Assembly (NCBI RefSeq): GCF_004010195.1
Contig: NC_057719.1
Location: forward strand, 27,525,458 to 27,589,457
DNA length: 64,000 bases
Direction of reading: 5' to 3'
DNA from: Chiloscyllium plagiosum
Taxonomy: Eukaryota
Below the pieces are notes generated by a model. The model was given only the letters and a program-made list of their open reading frames with translations, ran no database searches and was not told the DNA's origin. A program made the translations under genes and the position numbers. Below are positions 1 through 13,738 of this stretch, piece after piece. Every line of letters starts with the position of its first letter. The first letter of the stretch is position 1.

Positions 1-225
1 TGGTGGCTGTGTGGAATGCTCTGCCCCAGAGGGCAGTGGAGGCCCAGTCTCTGGATTCATTTAAGAAAGAGTTGGCTAGAGCTCTCAAGGATAGTGGAAT
101 CAAGGGTTATGGAAATAAGGCAAGAACAGGATACTGGTTAAGGATGATCAGCCATGACCATATTGAATGGTGGTGCAGGCTCAAAGGGCAGAATGGCCTA
201 CTCCTGCACCTATTGTCTATTGTTA
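1..225 (+). mobile_element. CR1 (HER1-like) LINE 3' end
   Basis: ORF2 C-terminus VWNALPQRAVEAQSLDSFKKEL, 3'UTR gggcagaatggcctactcctgc and (tattgtc)n-like tail. Confidence 0.85.
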
Positions 226-1379
226 TGCATTTCATACCATGCTGTCTTTTCTGATAAATGTCATCACTGCTGCTATGAAACTCATTGCAATTACAGGGAT
301 GGAACATAAAAGTGAGCAAAAGTTATGAACAGATTATTTTAGTTCAATTTTTAAATGCACCTTTGAACTATGATACAAAATAAAGAATATGTTGTACTCC
401 CCCATTACAAAAAGAAAAAGAAAGTTGTCAATCAAGCAATATTTTCCTTTGCATGCAGCTGTTTCAACAGAGTATATAGTGTCTGAGGCCCCAAACCATA
501 CATATTTTAGGCTGAGAATTTGGCATCCATTAATCTGTTGAAACATCTGTGTTCAAGGAAAAAGTTGCTTAGTCTTTATTTTCGTTAAATCTATTTCTCA
601 AACACACAAATTTTATTTGTGCAAGATAAAGAGGTATAAAGTGCTTGCAATTTCTGCTATTAAAATTTTGAAGATCTGGTGATTGACAATTTTCTAAAGT
701 TACAGTGAAGGGAATTTTTAAAAGGTTTGCAAGAATTATTGTGTTTCTTAAGCTTTTTTCACAGAAGGCATTGTTACTAGCATATTAAGTAGCTCTGTAT
801 AGAGAATGTATTGTTGGATGACATAGGTTGGTATGGAATGTGTGGCCATGGGAATGATGGAAGGGAAAAGGAGGCATGGAAAGGGCCTAATATTAAATAA
901 AACACCTGGGATAACTCCCTGAGTATTGATGTGGGTCTTTCATGCAGTCTGCTTCTCTCTTCATAGATTTGTGGAAATCATTATCCCAGAGCATGCTGGG
1001 TACTGAGACATTGAGTAAATTTAAGGAGAAGATAGATTTTTAATGAGTAATGGGTTGAAGGGTTATGGAGAGTGGGCAGGAACATTGAAGTGAGATCGAA
1101 ATGAGATCAACCATCATCGTAGCAAATGACAGAGGAGACTCAAGGGACTGAATTCCCTAAACTTACTCCTAGTTCTTATTTTCTCATGAACTGTTTCCAG
1201 GGGTGGTGAGCACATAACTCCAGCACTCATCCAATTGCATCTCCTATTGTCATAATGAAAATCCTGCCGTTGCATTCTCTCAAAGTAGGCGTAACAAGCC
1301 AAGACATTCCCTTTACGATGAAAATCTGGCCCCAGATGTCTCTTCAGTATCCAATTGCAATGTTCATTTTTCCAATAAA

Positions 1380-2220
1380 GTCATAGAGTCATAGTCATAT
1401 ATAGGGTCAGACCCTCCAGTCAAACTAGTCCATGCCAATCATTTTCCCAAACCAAACCAGTCCCGCTTTCCTGCGTTTGGCCTATATCTCTCCAAACCTT
1501 TCCTATTCATGTACTTATCCAAATGTTTTTTAAATGTTGTAACTGTACCATTAATTCCTCTGGCAATTCATTCCACATACAAACCACTCTCTGCATAAAA
1601 TGTTTGCCCCTCATGTCATTTTTAAATATTTCTCCCTTCACCTTAAAAATACGTCCTCTAGTTTTGAACTCCTCAACCGTAGGGAAAAGACTCTTGCTAT
1701 TCACCTTATCAATGCCCCTCATGATTTAATAAACCTCTATAAGATCACCCCTCAGCCTACTATACTCCATGAAAGAAATCCCAGCCTGTCCAGCCTATTG
1801 TTATACTCAAACCTTCCATTCCTGGCAACATCCTGGTAAATCTTTTCTGAATCCTCTCCAGCTTAATAATATCCTTCCTATAGCAACACTGCACACAGTA
1901 TTCCAGAAGAGACCTCATCAATATTCTTTACAACCTGAAGATGATGTCCCAACTCCTATACTGAGGGTCTGAGCAATGAAGGCAAGTGTGGTAACCATCC
2001 TGTCTATATGTGTTGCAAATTTAAAAGCATTATGTACCTAAAGCTCTCGGTCTCTGTTCGACAACATTACCTGGAGCTGTACCATTAATTGTAAATGTCC
2101 TGCCCTTGTTGTTTTACCAAAATGCAATACCTTGCATTTATCCAAACTAAACTCTATCTGTCACTTCTCAGCCCATTGGCCAGTTGATCAAGATCTCTTT
2201 GTAATCTTAGATAACCTTCA
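1380..2220 (-). mobile_element. CR1 LINE, 5'-truncated, decayed
   Basis: Minus-strand ORF MRGIDKVNSKSLFPTVEEFKTRGRIFKVKG...RVVCMWNELPEE; (catagagt)n tail. Confidence 0.85.
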
Positions 2221-2564
2221 TGTTTTATATTTCCTTCAACAAAATTTGATTGTACTGCAATTTTTTGCTTTTCAAAAAGCTAAAAATGACTATCCATCAA
2301 CCAAAATTTCAATGGCCTTCACAGTATTCCAATGAATGATGTTGTTGCAGTAATGAGTGCTCACAATCACTTTCAGATAAATGCTAACTTTGTTTTTCTC
2401 TCCACATATACTGCCAGACCTGCTGGTTATCTCCAGTCTTTTATGTATTTATTTTAGATTTCTAAGTAGCCAGATTATTTTGCTCATACTGAAGATAACT
2501 TGTTCTTTGTTAAAATTTTGTTCTAAAGTAATAAGATTTTGCTACCTTAGAGAACAAAGGAACA

Positions 2565-2695
2565 AAGGCAGCACCTCTAATAGTACTGCACTGGAGCATC
2601 AACCTAGACGTTTATGCTCAAATCTTGGCACTGGGACTTGAACACAAAACCTCCTGACAGAGATAAGTGTGCTTCCAGCTGAGCCAGCACTGGAA
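2565..2695 (-). mobile_element. DeuSINE/SacSINE1-like SINE 5' fragment
   Basis: gtactgcactggagcatcaacctagac...gggacttgaacacaaaacctcctgac...gagccagc: tRNA-like head on the minus strand, same family as 14995-15415. Confidence 0.55.
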
Positions 2696-2799
2696 CAAAA
2701 ATAACAGAAAACAGCAGCTGGATCCTGAGTGATGTATCAGTGCTATGTTAGTCCCATTGCATTTATAACAACAGGAAATGTTGTCCTCATTGCCACCTA

Positions 2800-4900
2800 T
2801 ATCTTCTAAATATGTTGAGGTTTTAGGGGCTTACATGGTCTTATACATGCAGGGATAGGCACCTGCTGGTTCTCTTAAAACTTTAACTCCACAGCTTCCC
2901 ACTTCATCACCCCAGCCTTGCACAGCCCTCTTCTACCCTCTTGCCAAAATCCACAAACAACATAGCTCTGGCAGACCCATTGATTCAGTCTGATCCTGCC
3001 CCATAGAACTTACTGCTTCCTATTTTGTTTCCATTTTTCTCCCATTCATTGAGCCACTTCTCATCTTCATTTGTGATCCTTCCACAATTTCTAACTGTCC
3101 AGTCCCCAGCCATCTCCCGTTCATCATGGATATGTAATCCCTCACCACCAGGATGGTATGAAGGTTTCTGAAAAGTTTTAATCCACCAACACCCTCCTCC
3201 ACCTGGTTGAACTCATTTTAACTTTGAACAACTTCTCCTTTGTCATCTCACTTTTTCCAAGTGTGGCTATGAGCACAGACCCTAGATTTTGCTGATCTCT
3301 TTGAAGGTGAAACATTCTTTGTTCCATTCATAATCAGACTCCCTCCCACAACTCTCTCTTTCACATCGATGACTACATTGGTGCTGCTTCCTGCTCTTGT
3401 CCAGAATTGGAAAAATTAATCAGTTTTGCTTCCAACTTCCATCTTTCTCTTACATTCACTTGGTCCATCTCTGACTATTTTCATCCTTTCCTTAATCCTT
3501 GTGTTTCCAAATCTGGGGATAGGCTGTCCACCAATATCTATTACAAACCTACTCCTACAGTTACTGTGGCAAAGCTTCCTCACACATTGTTTCCTGCAGT
3601 GACTCCATTCCATTCTTCCAGTTGCTCCATCCAATCTAATTTGATAATACCAATTTCCACAGCGATATTGCTGTCATATCCTCCATTTTCCTCAACCAAG
3701 ACTATGGTTGACAAGGCCCTCAGCCACATCTGGCCCATTTAGCGCACTTCTGGCCTTGCACCTTTCCCTCCCTCTTTGTCTTCGTCGAAACATAGACACA
3801 GAAACATAGAAGCTAAGAACAGGAGTAAATCATTCAACCCCTTGAGCCTCCTCTGCCATTCGAAATAGTCATGGCTGATTATGAAGCTCAATATTTTATT
3901 GACAGTATATCCCCATATCCCTTAAACACTTTAGCCTCAAAAGCTAGATCTACCTCCTTCTTGAAAACACAATGTTTGCTGCAACCACTTTCTGTGGTCG
4001 TGAATTCCACAGGTTTGCCAGTCTGCGCATGAAGATTTCCTCATCTCAAACCTAAAAGCTTTAACCCTCATCCTTAAACTATAACTCCTGGGTTCTGGAC
4101 TACCAGACCATTGAGATCATCCTTCCTGTATCTAACCTGTTTAATTCTATTAGAATTTTATAAGTTTCTATGTGACCCCCTCCCCCCATCACCATTCTTC
4201 TAAACGCCAGTGAATAAAATCCTAATCAACTCAATCTCTCCTCATATGTCAGTCCTGCCATCCTCGGAATCAATTTGGTAAACCTGCACTGCTCTTCCTC
4301 TATAGCAAGAACATCCTTCCGCAGGTAAGGAGACCAAACTGCATACAATTTTCCTGCTGTGGCCTCACCAATACCCTGTACAACTGCAGCAAGATGTCCT
4401 TCTTCCTGTGCTTGTACTCTGTCACTATAAAGGCTAAAATACAGTTTGCCTTCTTTACTGCCTGCTGCACCTACGCGCTAACTTTCAGTGACTGGTGCAA
4501 CAGGTCGCTCAGGTTTCATTCAACATTTGCCTCTTTAACTCCACCCTCCCAGACCCCAAACACATTTTTCAGGGAAAGCAATTTCGTGTACATCTTTCTT
4601 TGGAATTTACTGTATTATCCACTCATAATGCAGTCACCACTACATTGGCAAAGCAAACATAGATTGGCTTTGCAGAACACCTCCACTCTGTAGACAAGAA
4701 CATCCCAGACCCTCCAGTTGCTTTCCATTTCAATAAAATATCATGCTATGCTATGCTTTTCTGTCCTAGGCATACTGCAGTCCTCCAGTGAAACCCAATA
4801 AGCTGGAATAATCGCACACCCTTTTCCAATTCAGCATGTCACAGTCTCTGGATACAACATTGAATTCAACAACCTCAGATTGTGAACTCTGTCCTCCATT
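2800..4900 (+). mobile_element. Penelope-like element (RT plus GIY-YIG), decayed, interrupted by a CR1
   Basis: FY-L-KIHK / GRP motifs at about 2930-2980, HIDD at about 3362, LISFASNFHLSLTFTWSIS...LSTNIYYKPT (ORF 3407-3742), YIG remnant at about 4640. Confidence 0.75.
3790..4530 (-). mobile_element. CR1 LINE fragment inserted in the Penelope-like element
   Basis: (catagaaa)-type tail at 3790 and CR1 ORF2 C-terminal sequence in reverse. Confidence 0.8.
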
Positions 4901-5744
4901 TTGCTTAGCCCCATTCTCCTGCCATGCTTTCTGTCCTTCTTTTGAAGTATTCTTCAGTGTTAAATGTTACAACAAAATATTTTGGGGTTCTTTGTTAGCA
5001 GCACGTGTTTTGTTGGCATTAGTCTTGCTAAATTAATTCTTCAGATTCTATGCTCATCAGCATTTGTGTACATTGCCATCCCCATCTTCCACTGCAATGG
5101 TTCTTTTGGGACTTACATAGTCTTTTGTTTGAGAGGGTAACCACCTTCTGGTCCAATAGGGAGAATCTTGGAAATATATGCAACTTATTACATTTCTGCA
5201 AATATTTGTAGGTAATGACAATATGCTGTACTTAACTGCAAAGACTGTTGAGAAGTTTAATCTTATGTTTGTCTCCTACATGTTCTTAGTTACTCTCGCA
5301 CCAAGTGCTCATCACATAACTATAATGGACACTGTTCGGTTATTAAACATTTCGGATCCATTTACACCAGGCAACCACAGAAGACATTAATTAGTGGATA
5401 GTTTAACATGGGTAGCTACATCAACTTCTACCATGTCCACAGTTTTAAAATATGATCTTTTGGTTAAAACATTCACTTTGGAGAATGAGCCATTTGTCTA
5501 ACATTTCAAAATTGACAAGGGCAAGTATAGTATCAGGCAAATGGCCAGAAATCTGCATTTAGTCCTGAAGCAGTATTTTTAGTCTGTATTGGTATCTGGC
5601 ACTATCAAGATGAAAAGTGACACTGGGTATCTATGAAAGCTGCCAGTGCCAGCAACAAGAGTGTTTGAAATTATCAGCCTATCGACAAGGCATCTGTATC
5701 AAATGGAATCAAAGATCAACTGGAAATTGTGTCAAATAAATTGA

Positions 5745-5826
5745 ATCATAGAATCCCTCCAGTGTGGAAATAGGCCATTTAGCCCAACAAGTCCACACCG
5801 ACCTTCTGAAGAGTAACCCACCCAGA
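5745..5826 (-). mobile_element. HE1 SINE 3' tail fragment
   Basis: cagtgtggaaataggccatttagcccaacaagtccacaccgacc matches the tails of the other HE1 copies (13408, 58401). Confidence 0.7.
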
Positions 5827-5839
5827 GCAGTAGTTGAGC

Positions 5840-8778
5840 AAGGGAGCCGTGGGTTACTGAAGAAGTTGAATCTCTTGTCAAGAGAAAGCTGAGCTTATGT
5901 TAAAATGAGATGTGAAGGCTCAATTAGGGTGCCTGAGAGTTACAAAGTTAGCCAGGAAAGACCTAAAGAATAACTTAAGAAGAGCCAGGGGGAGAAATTG
6001 TTGGCAGATAGGATCAAGGAAAACCCTAAAGCTTTCTATAAAAGAGTATTTAGAGAAAGATTAGGGCCAATCAAGGACAGTAGTGGGAAGATGAGCATAG
6101 AGTCCAAGGAGGTAAAAATAATGACTGCAGATGCTGGAAACCAGATTCTGGATTAGTGGTGCTGGAAGAGCACAGCAGTTCAGGCAGCATCCGAGGAGCA
6201 GTAAAATCAACTTTTTGGGCAAAAGCTCTTCATCAGGAATAAAGGCAGAGAGCCTGAAGCATGGAGAGATAAGCTAGAGGAGGTGGGGGTGGGGAGAAAG
6301 TAGCATAGGGTACAATAGGTGAGTGGGGGAGGGTAAAACTTTGATGGATGTGGAAGGCTCCTTTAGGGCCTTGGATGGAGGTGAGGGCGCAGGTTTTGCA
6401 GTTCCTGCGGTGGCAGGGGAAGGTGCCAAGATGCGGATTTGATCGTTATGTCGTTCATTGTCTACAGAAATAGTGCCAGAAGACTGGAGGATAGTAAATG
6501 TTGTCCTCTTGTTCAAGAAGGGGAGTAGAGACAATCCTGGTAATTATGGACCAGTAGGCCTTACTTCAGTTGTGGGTAAAGTGTTGGAAAAGGTGATAAG
6601 AGATAGGATTTTTAACCATCTAGAGAGGAATAAGTTGATTAGGGATAGTCAACTCAGTTTTTGTGAAGGGTAGGTCGCGCGTCACAAACATTATTGAATT
6701 CTTTGAGAAGGCGGCCAAACAGGTGGATGAGGATAAAGCAGTTGATATGGTGTATATACGTGTTTGATTAGGTTCCCCATGATAGACTATTGCACAAAAT
6801 ACAGAAGCATGGGATTGGGGTGATTTAGCGGTTTGGATCAGAAATAAGCTAGCTGAAAGAAGACAGAGGGTGATGGTTGATGGGAAATGTTCATTCTGGA
6901 GTTCAGTTACTAGTGGTGTACCGCAAGGATCTGTTTTGGGGCGACTACTGTTCGTCATTTTTTTAAAATGACCTGGATGATGGCAAAGAAGGATGAGTTA
7001 GTAAATTTGCAGATGACAATAAGGTCGGTGGAGTTATGGATGGGGCTGAAGAATGTTGCAGGTTACGGATGGACATTGCAGACAACACTAAAGTCGGTGG
7101 AGTAGTGGACAGTGTGGAAGAGTGTTACAGGTTGCAGGGAGACTTGGATAAACTGCAGAATTGGGCTGAGAGGTGGCAAATGGAGTTCAATACAGCTAAA
7201 TGTGAGGTGATGCATTTTGGGAAGAATAACAGGAAGGCAGAGTACTGGATCATTGGAAAGATTCTTGGGAGTGTGCATGTGCAGAGGGATCTTGGAGTCC
7301 ATGTACATAGATCCCTAAAAGTTGCCATCCAGGTGGACAGTGCTGTTAAGAAGGCATACAGTGTGTTAGGTTTCATTCGTAGAGGGATTGAGTTCCGGAG
7401 CCGCAATATCATGCTGCAACTATACAAAATGCTGGTGCTGCCACACTTGGAATATTGTGTACAGTTCTGGTCCCCATATTTCGGGGAAGGATGTGGAAGC
7501 ATTGGAAAAGGTGCAGAGGAGATTTACCAGGATGTTGCCTGGTCTGAAGGGAAGGTCTTATGAGTAAAGGCTGAGAGACTTGAACCTGTTCTCATTGGCA
7601 AGAAGAAGGCTTAGAGAGGATTTGATAGAGACATACAAGATGGTCAGAGGATTGAATCAGGTAGACAGTGAAAGTCTTTTTCCTAGGATGATAATGTCAG
7701 CTTGTACAAGGGGGCATAACTGCAAATTGAGGGGTGATAGATTTAAGACAGATGTCAGAGGCAGAGAGTGGTAAGGGCATGGAATGCACTACCTGCTAAT
7801 GTAGTCAACTCAGCCACATTAGGGAGATTTAAACAGTCCTTAGATAAGCACACGGATGATTTTGAGATAGTGTAGGGGGACGAGCTGAGAATAGTTCACA
7901 GGTCGGTGCAATTTCGACAGCCAAAGGACCTGTTCTGCGCTGTATTGTTCTATGTTCTATAAGTTGCAGAGCTGGGCTGAGCAATAGCAAATCAGGTTCA
8001 ATGTGTGAAAAAGTGTGAGGTGATTCACTTTGGAAGGAGTAAGAGGAATAAAGAGTACTGGGCTAATAGTAAGATTCTTTGCAGTGTAGATGAGCAGAAA
8101 GAACTTGGTGTCCATGTACATAGATCCCTGAAAGTCACCACCCAGGTTGATAGGTTGTTAAGGCATACAGTGTGTTAGCTTTTATTGGTAGATGGATTGA
8201 GTTTCGGAGCCACAAGGTCATGTTTCAGCTGTACAAAACTCTGGTGCGGCTGCACTTGGAGTATTGCATATTGTTCTGGTCACCGCATTATAGGAAGGAT
8301 GTGGAAGCTTTGGAAAGGGTTCAGAGGTGATTTATTGGGATGTTGCCTGGTATGGAGGGAAGGTCTTATGAGGAAATGCTGGGGGTGTTGAAGCTGTTTT
8401 TGTTGGAGAGAAGAAGATGAGCGGTGACTTAATAGAGACCTATAAGATAATCAGAGGGTTAGATAAGGTGGATAGGGAGAGGCTTTTTCCAAGTATGGTG
8501 ATGACTAGCATGAGGAGACATAGCTTTAAAATGAAAGGCAATAGATATAGGACAGATGTTAGAGGTAGTTTCTTTACTCAGAGTAGTAGGGACATGGAAC
8601 ACACTGCCTGTAACAGTAGTACACTTGCCAACTTTAAGGGCATTTAAATGATCATTGGATTAATATATGGATGAAAATGGAATAATGTAGGATAGATAGG
8701 CTTCAGATTAGTTCCACAGGTTGCTGCAACATCGAGGGCCGAACGGTCTGTACTGCGCTGTAATGTTCTATGTTCTAA
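5840..8778 (+). mobile_element. Long decayed CR1 LINE (RT region to 3' tail) hosting a Penelope fragment (6111-6437) and a second CR1 (about 7076-7960)
   Basis: VPEDWRIVNVVLLFKKGSRDNPGNY, GVPQGSVLG, FADD, QRDLGVHVHRSLKV, LEYCVQFWSP motifs; two separate (tgttcta)n tails at about 7945-7960 and 8764-8778. Confidence 0.9.
6111..6437 (-). mobile_element. Penelope-like element 3' end with degenerate hammerhead motif (6206-6237)
   Basis: Minus strand reads CCTGATGAAGAGCTTTTGCCCAAAAAGTTGA...GGATGCTGCCTGAACTGCTGTGCTCTTCCAGCACC...CCAGCATCTGCAGTC; same family as 18047-18212. Confidence 0.75.
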
Positions 8779-10621
8779 TAGATATATGTTTATTCAGACA
8801 GTGTAAAAAGCAACATATTCATATTGACATGGTGTTCCACACGGTAATAGGAGATACAAATGTTACTTTTCAAGCAGGGCTTTTTATTAATAGAAAAATG
8901 AAGAGATATCTTCTTTTGTAGTTCTACAAAATGTGATTGGATTTTTGAAAAGTTGACAACATAACTGCAATTCAAGTATCATCCTTTATTGTAATATATA
9001 AAAGTAAATACATTCGATTTACAATAAGCATGCAATATAGGTATTTTCCAAACCAGGTTATGCATAAAGATTAATATACATGCAAACTGCATTGAAATCT
9101 GTTTTCAAGACCATTAACTGCATACACCTGTAACAAGTACTATGGATTCTTGTTCACTAAATGGGAAAAATCGATCAGATGTGTATTTGACCTATTGACT
9201 GGTTTCATATTTCAGAACAGGAATTTTAAAAGCCATTTAGTCTCCCTGAAGAGACTAGAGCATGCTGAATTAGCCAAGAAATCGGAATTGATAGGTTCAT
9301 TGTTATGTTATATGTGACTGACACTAAAATGCTCACATTGCACAGATCAACAATATCCTCACAAGTGAAAGTATTGCTCCTATGATCTCACAATGGCAGC
9401 AGAACTTTATAAAATGCCATTGATTTTAGGATATTTCGGAACAATATAATTTTGAAACAAAATAACACTCCTTCAGCAATAATTTAGCAGGGCAGAGCAA
9501 ACATCTTTCATAGTCTCACTATGTCAGAAGACATACCTGATCTGAATAAAAGGTTTTGCTGTGGACAGAAGTGCATGACACATTTATCAGCCTGTTTAAT
9601 TAAAGCAGATTTTAATTAACTTATTTTTTTCTCTAACTTTCATCACACCAGTGATTACCTTGTGCACCACTTGGCTTTGTGAAAAGGACTGTGGACAATA
9701 TGTTTGTTAATCATTGCCTAAGTAAATGGTCAAGCAGTGCAACTAAACAATCAATTAACAAATCAGAAATGGCCAAGGTGACTCAATGATACTTGAATAT
9801 TTGAGGCAGTATGCTTTTTCTTCTGTATGAAAAGACAGGTGATCATACCATTGGTATTACCAAGATCAACACTCAAAATAATAGCAAGTAATAAATATCA
9901 TCAGGGAATACAGAACATAACTTTAAATTCTGATTCATTTTGGCATTAATTCCGTTTTTATATTTACCCTAATACCACACATTAATGATGAACTGAAGGA
10001 CAACAATTGGATATTAAAAACAAAATAAAAGGAAAATAATAAGCTCTGGTTTGATAATGTCTTTGTCTTTAAACCTGTACTAATGACAAGCAGCATGAAG
10101 GTTGTGGAATAAAAAATAAACACAAGTCATACAGAAAGTACAATGTATAGGGCATGTTTGTACATTATTACAAAGATACAATGACCAAGCAAGAATGCTG
10201 CCAAAGAACTCAAAGTGAACTACATTAAAATGCAAATATATCTTAGTTTGAATTTATTTCACTCCTTATCATGACGTAATGAAATAAATCAAGCTTTATT
10301 TATGGAGCTCTGAAATTCGCTTATGATTAATGCTTTCACAGGAAAAGTAAATGTGCTTAACTACTTAATTGAATCTCAGCTGCATTTCATTTCCCTTACT
10401 GTGCAACAACAATGGCCACAATCCAAGAGAGCATCCCTTCAACAAAAATTAGTTAATTGGGCTCACTGTAAACAGTCCTAACTAAGAACTGACACATTGG
10501 TTTGTAACTGGACAAGCTGCAGCAATGACTGGTTGACTCTGTGCTTAAGATAAGATGGTAAAGTATTTCCCTAGGGGGAGGGAGGGAAAAAACAAGCATA
10601 TACCACAGTGGGTCATATAAT

Positions 10622-10995
10622 AATAGCTTAGTGGCACAGTGTATTAGACACTGACCTTCAAATTCTTGGACCAACTATGAAATGCATCCTGAAATGATGG
10701 GTTGAAAATTCCTTTTGCTGGCTGTATGACATTCTCTATAAAATAATTTTAGTCAGTCCCTGGCCCTCTAGCACAACTTCAAATTCAATATTAATTTGTA
10801 ATTGTCCTTATACAGGCCAAAGGAGAATTGCATAGGAAATGGAAAGTAAGTGTAGTGTGGAAGCAAGTAGCTCATCGTATATGTTGGTAGGGCACAGCAA
10901 AAGGATAATTTGCAGTACCTAACTTCACCTCAGTTACTTGATAAAGAAAGTGTTCCATTTCCCTCAGTACTATTATCTCAGTTTGACAAGCATAA
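10622..10995 (+). mobile_element. Highly diverged tRNA-headed SINE, possibly LF-SINE-related
   Basis: A-box-like tagcttagtgg head, then tgctggctgt, cagtccct, tattaatttg, aggccaaagga and tgttggtagggca in the order I recall for LF-SINE consensus blocks. Recognition from memory only. Confidence 0.3.
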
Positions 10996-11629
10996 ATGTT
11001 TTCTAGAATGAATCAGTTTGCACCATTTGACATGCCTGATTCAAAGCACTACCAGCAAGGATCATGTACAGGCTGTTTTGGCCAAAGTGGTGCCTGGCAT
11101 TGCAAACTTAAAAAAAAGCTTTATAGTTGACTGAAGAAAGATTACTTCATTTGAAGCACAGCAGTCAATTGTACCAGTAATTTTAAAGTGGCGTTGTCAA
11201 CATTTGGAACACTAAGTCACTGTAAAAATTAAAATACACCATTTGAAAATTCAATTCGCATGGAAGGTACTCAAAGTACAGAAATTACCTCCCACAAGTA
11301 CCAATAATTTCCCTTTAAACAGTTTATTTAGGTTTGGGAGGAGGTTTACTATAATTGTACCAAGGATACAGAAGTTCTGGTTCATGGATTGAATAGAGAA
11401 GCTGTGGTTGTTCTAGTTGTGTTGAATTGTCGTGTTTGATTATGCAAGTCTGGTTATTATTGATGTTCTCTGTGCTTCGTTAGTTAAGCCTGGGTATGGA
11501 CTCAGAGAAATGTACTGTAAACAAATTGCAGAAAGAGTTGAAAGCCAGACCCCAAATGCATGATAGACATTTTAAAGCACTGTAAATAAAATCTGTTGAA
11601 ATCATAGAAGATGGTGTCATCTCTGCATA

Positions 11630-11715
11630 GATTTGATCTGATTTATTGTAGTCACGTGTACCTAAGTACAGTGAAAAGCTTTGATTGCAAGCAGTAGCAA
11701 GGACATACAGATCCA
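11630..11715 (-). mobile_element. Rex1/Babar LINE 3' tail fragment
   Basis: Reverse complement aagcttttcactgtacttaggtacacgtgactacaataaatc matches the 3' end of the Rex1 copy at 29018-29056 in this window. Confidence 0.75.
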
Positions 11716-11734
11716 TGATTTAATATGTACGACA

Positions 11735-12100
11735 TCAGAGCAGAGAAGATTAAGGGGAGGCTTAATTGAGGTCCATAAGATTATGAAGCATTTTGAGAGG
11801 GTTAATGATGAGAAATTATTTTTAGTGGCAGAAGAGTCAATAAACCGAGGATACAGATTTAGGATAACTGGCAGATGAAGCAAAGACCACAGGAATGACA
11901 AGTTGTGCAATGAGATACATTGATCTGGAATGCACTGACTGAAAGAGTGATGGAAGTAGATTCTACAAGAACTTCCAAAGCCAATTGGAGAAGTACTGGA
12001 GGGAAACAATAGAGGCAGAAGAGAGTTTCCAATTGGCTAGTTTTTCTGAACAATCAGCATAGACACAGTGGGCTAAATGGCCTCATTGTCTCATTCTGTG
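11735..12100 (+). mobile_element. Old CR1 3' fragment
   Basis: EQRRLRGGLIEVHKIMKHFERVNDEKLFLVAEESINRGYRFRI. Confidence 0.75.
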
Positions 12101-13407
12101 AACTAGCTTAATCAATCACTAGATTAATTAAATCTGAACGTATGTCCTATTTTTATTTCTTTCATTGGATATGGGTGTTGCTAGTTAGACCAGCACTTCT
12201 TGTCTGTTTCTGATTGCCCTTGAACTGAATGATTTGCCAAACCATTTCTGAGGGCAATTAAGTCTGTGAGTCTGCAGTCACATGTAGGCCACACCAGATG
12301 AGGATGGCAGATTTTGTTCCCTGAAGGAGATTAGTGAACCAAATGGATTTTCACAAAAATTGACAATGATTTCCTGGTTACCATCAGATTAACTAGGTTT
12401 CCAGATGACTTGCGTTTAATTTGAACCTGGTTTGAGTGTGTTCTCTTTTAATGTAAGACACAAGCCTGGCTTCAACATATAGAATATATAGTCTGCTCGC
12501 TCTATGGATTTTCAGTGTACATTTAAATGTTCATTGTTATGATAGATTGAAAAGTTCAAAACTGACAAAGAAGCACAATTTACTAGCTCAGAATTATTAA
12601 TTATTGATTCTAAGAAAAAAAATAAGCAGCATTGATCTGAAATATTACTGCTGAGTAGATAGCAGGCGATTAGTAATAGATGATGTTTACATCACCTTGC
12701 AACCCAGCAACTTTATTGACAAGTAGAAACGAAGCAGGGTCACAAATCATAATAAACTTAAACATGCTGTTATACCATTGTTGGCTTTTCTTTTTAACAG
12801 GCCATCACATTTCAATTTAGCAAAAATGTTTGAGCCCAATGCAAACACAATTGCGTATTCAGGCAATTGTAAGGATGGCTGAAGGAGAAAGATAGGAAAA
12901 ATAACAGGTCAAAATGTTAATGGCACAATTACCCTCTCTCCAAGCGTTTTGTACAAATATGCACAGATATGTATGAATTGCAAATAAAAATAACATAATG
13001 AAATTTGATATTAGGTTAGTAAAAAATGTTAGGCAACTTCTCAAATTCAGATTCCGGATGAATAGCTTGATAGTAAGAGGTTTCACTAGAGATAAATATC
13101 TAAAAACAAAATATTTCCGTGGCGTGAAAATTATTTCCCACTATCACTCATATATGTTTTGAGCATAGCTGAGTACAAGATTCTTTTTGATCTTTCTATT
13201 TAAAAAGGATGTTTTGTTCATTAATTTTCTTACCACCACCCTCTACCTCAACCCCACGAATGTTTTGAAGACGACTTGAATTGCAATTAAGTTGAATGGC
13301 TCAGCAATCAGAAGAACTTCTGTGGTATCCATTCACCTCACAAGCACAATTTTACTGTTCCCACTCGCTGGTTTGCAAGCCAGGAATTAGGGGTGACTGC
13401 CAATTCT

Positions 13408-13738
13408 GGGCGGCACAGTGGCTCAGTGGTCAGCACTGCTGCCTCACAGCACCAGGGACCCGAGTTCAATTCCCACCTTGGGCAGACTGTCTGCATGGAG
13501 TTTGCACATTCTCCCTGTGTCTGTGTGGGTTTCATCTGGGTGCTCTGGTTTCCTCCCACAATCCAAAGATGTGCAGGCTAGGTGAATTGGCTACGCTAAG
13601 TTGCCCATAGTGTCAGGTGCGTTAGCCAGGGGTAAATGTAGGGTAGGGGAAGGGCCTGGGTGAGTTACTCTTCAGAGGGTCAGTGTGGACTTGTTGGGTC
13701 GAAGGGCCTGTTTCCACACTGTAGGTAATCTATCTAAT
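13408..13738 (+). mobile_element. HE1 SINE (V-SINE superfamily), full length
   Basis: tRNA-like head ggcggcacagtggctcagtggtcagcactgctgcctcacagcaccagggacccgagttcaattccc, V-domain ggagtttgcacattctccctgtgtctgtgtgggttt, CR1-like tail gggtcgaagggcctgtttcc...tctaatc. Confidence 0.9.

Noticed and set aside
13408..13480. tRNA genes at A/B-box-like sequences (also 31605, 53692, 55846, 58660-58726)
   Set aside because: These are SINE heads followed by SINE bodies and tails, with no complete cloverleaf.
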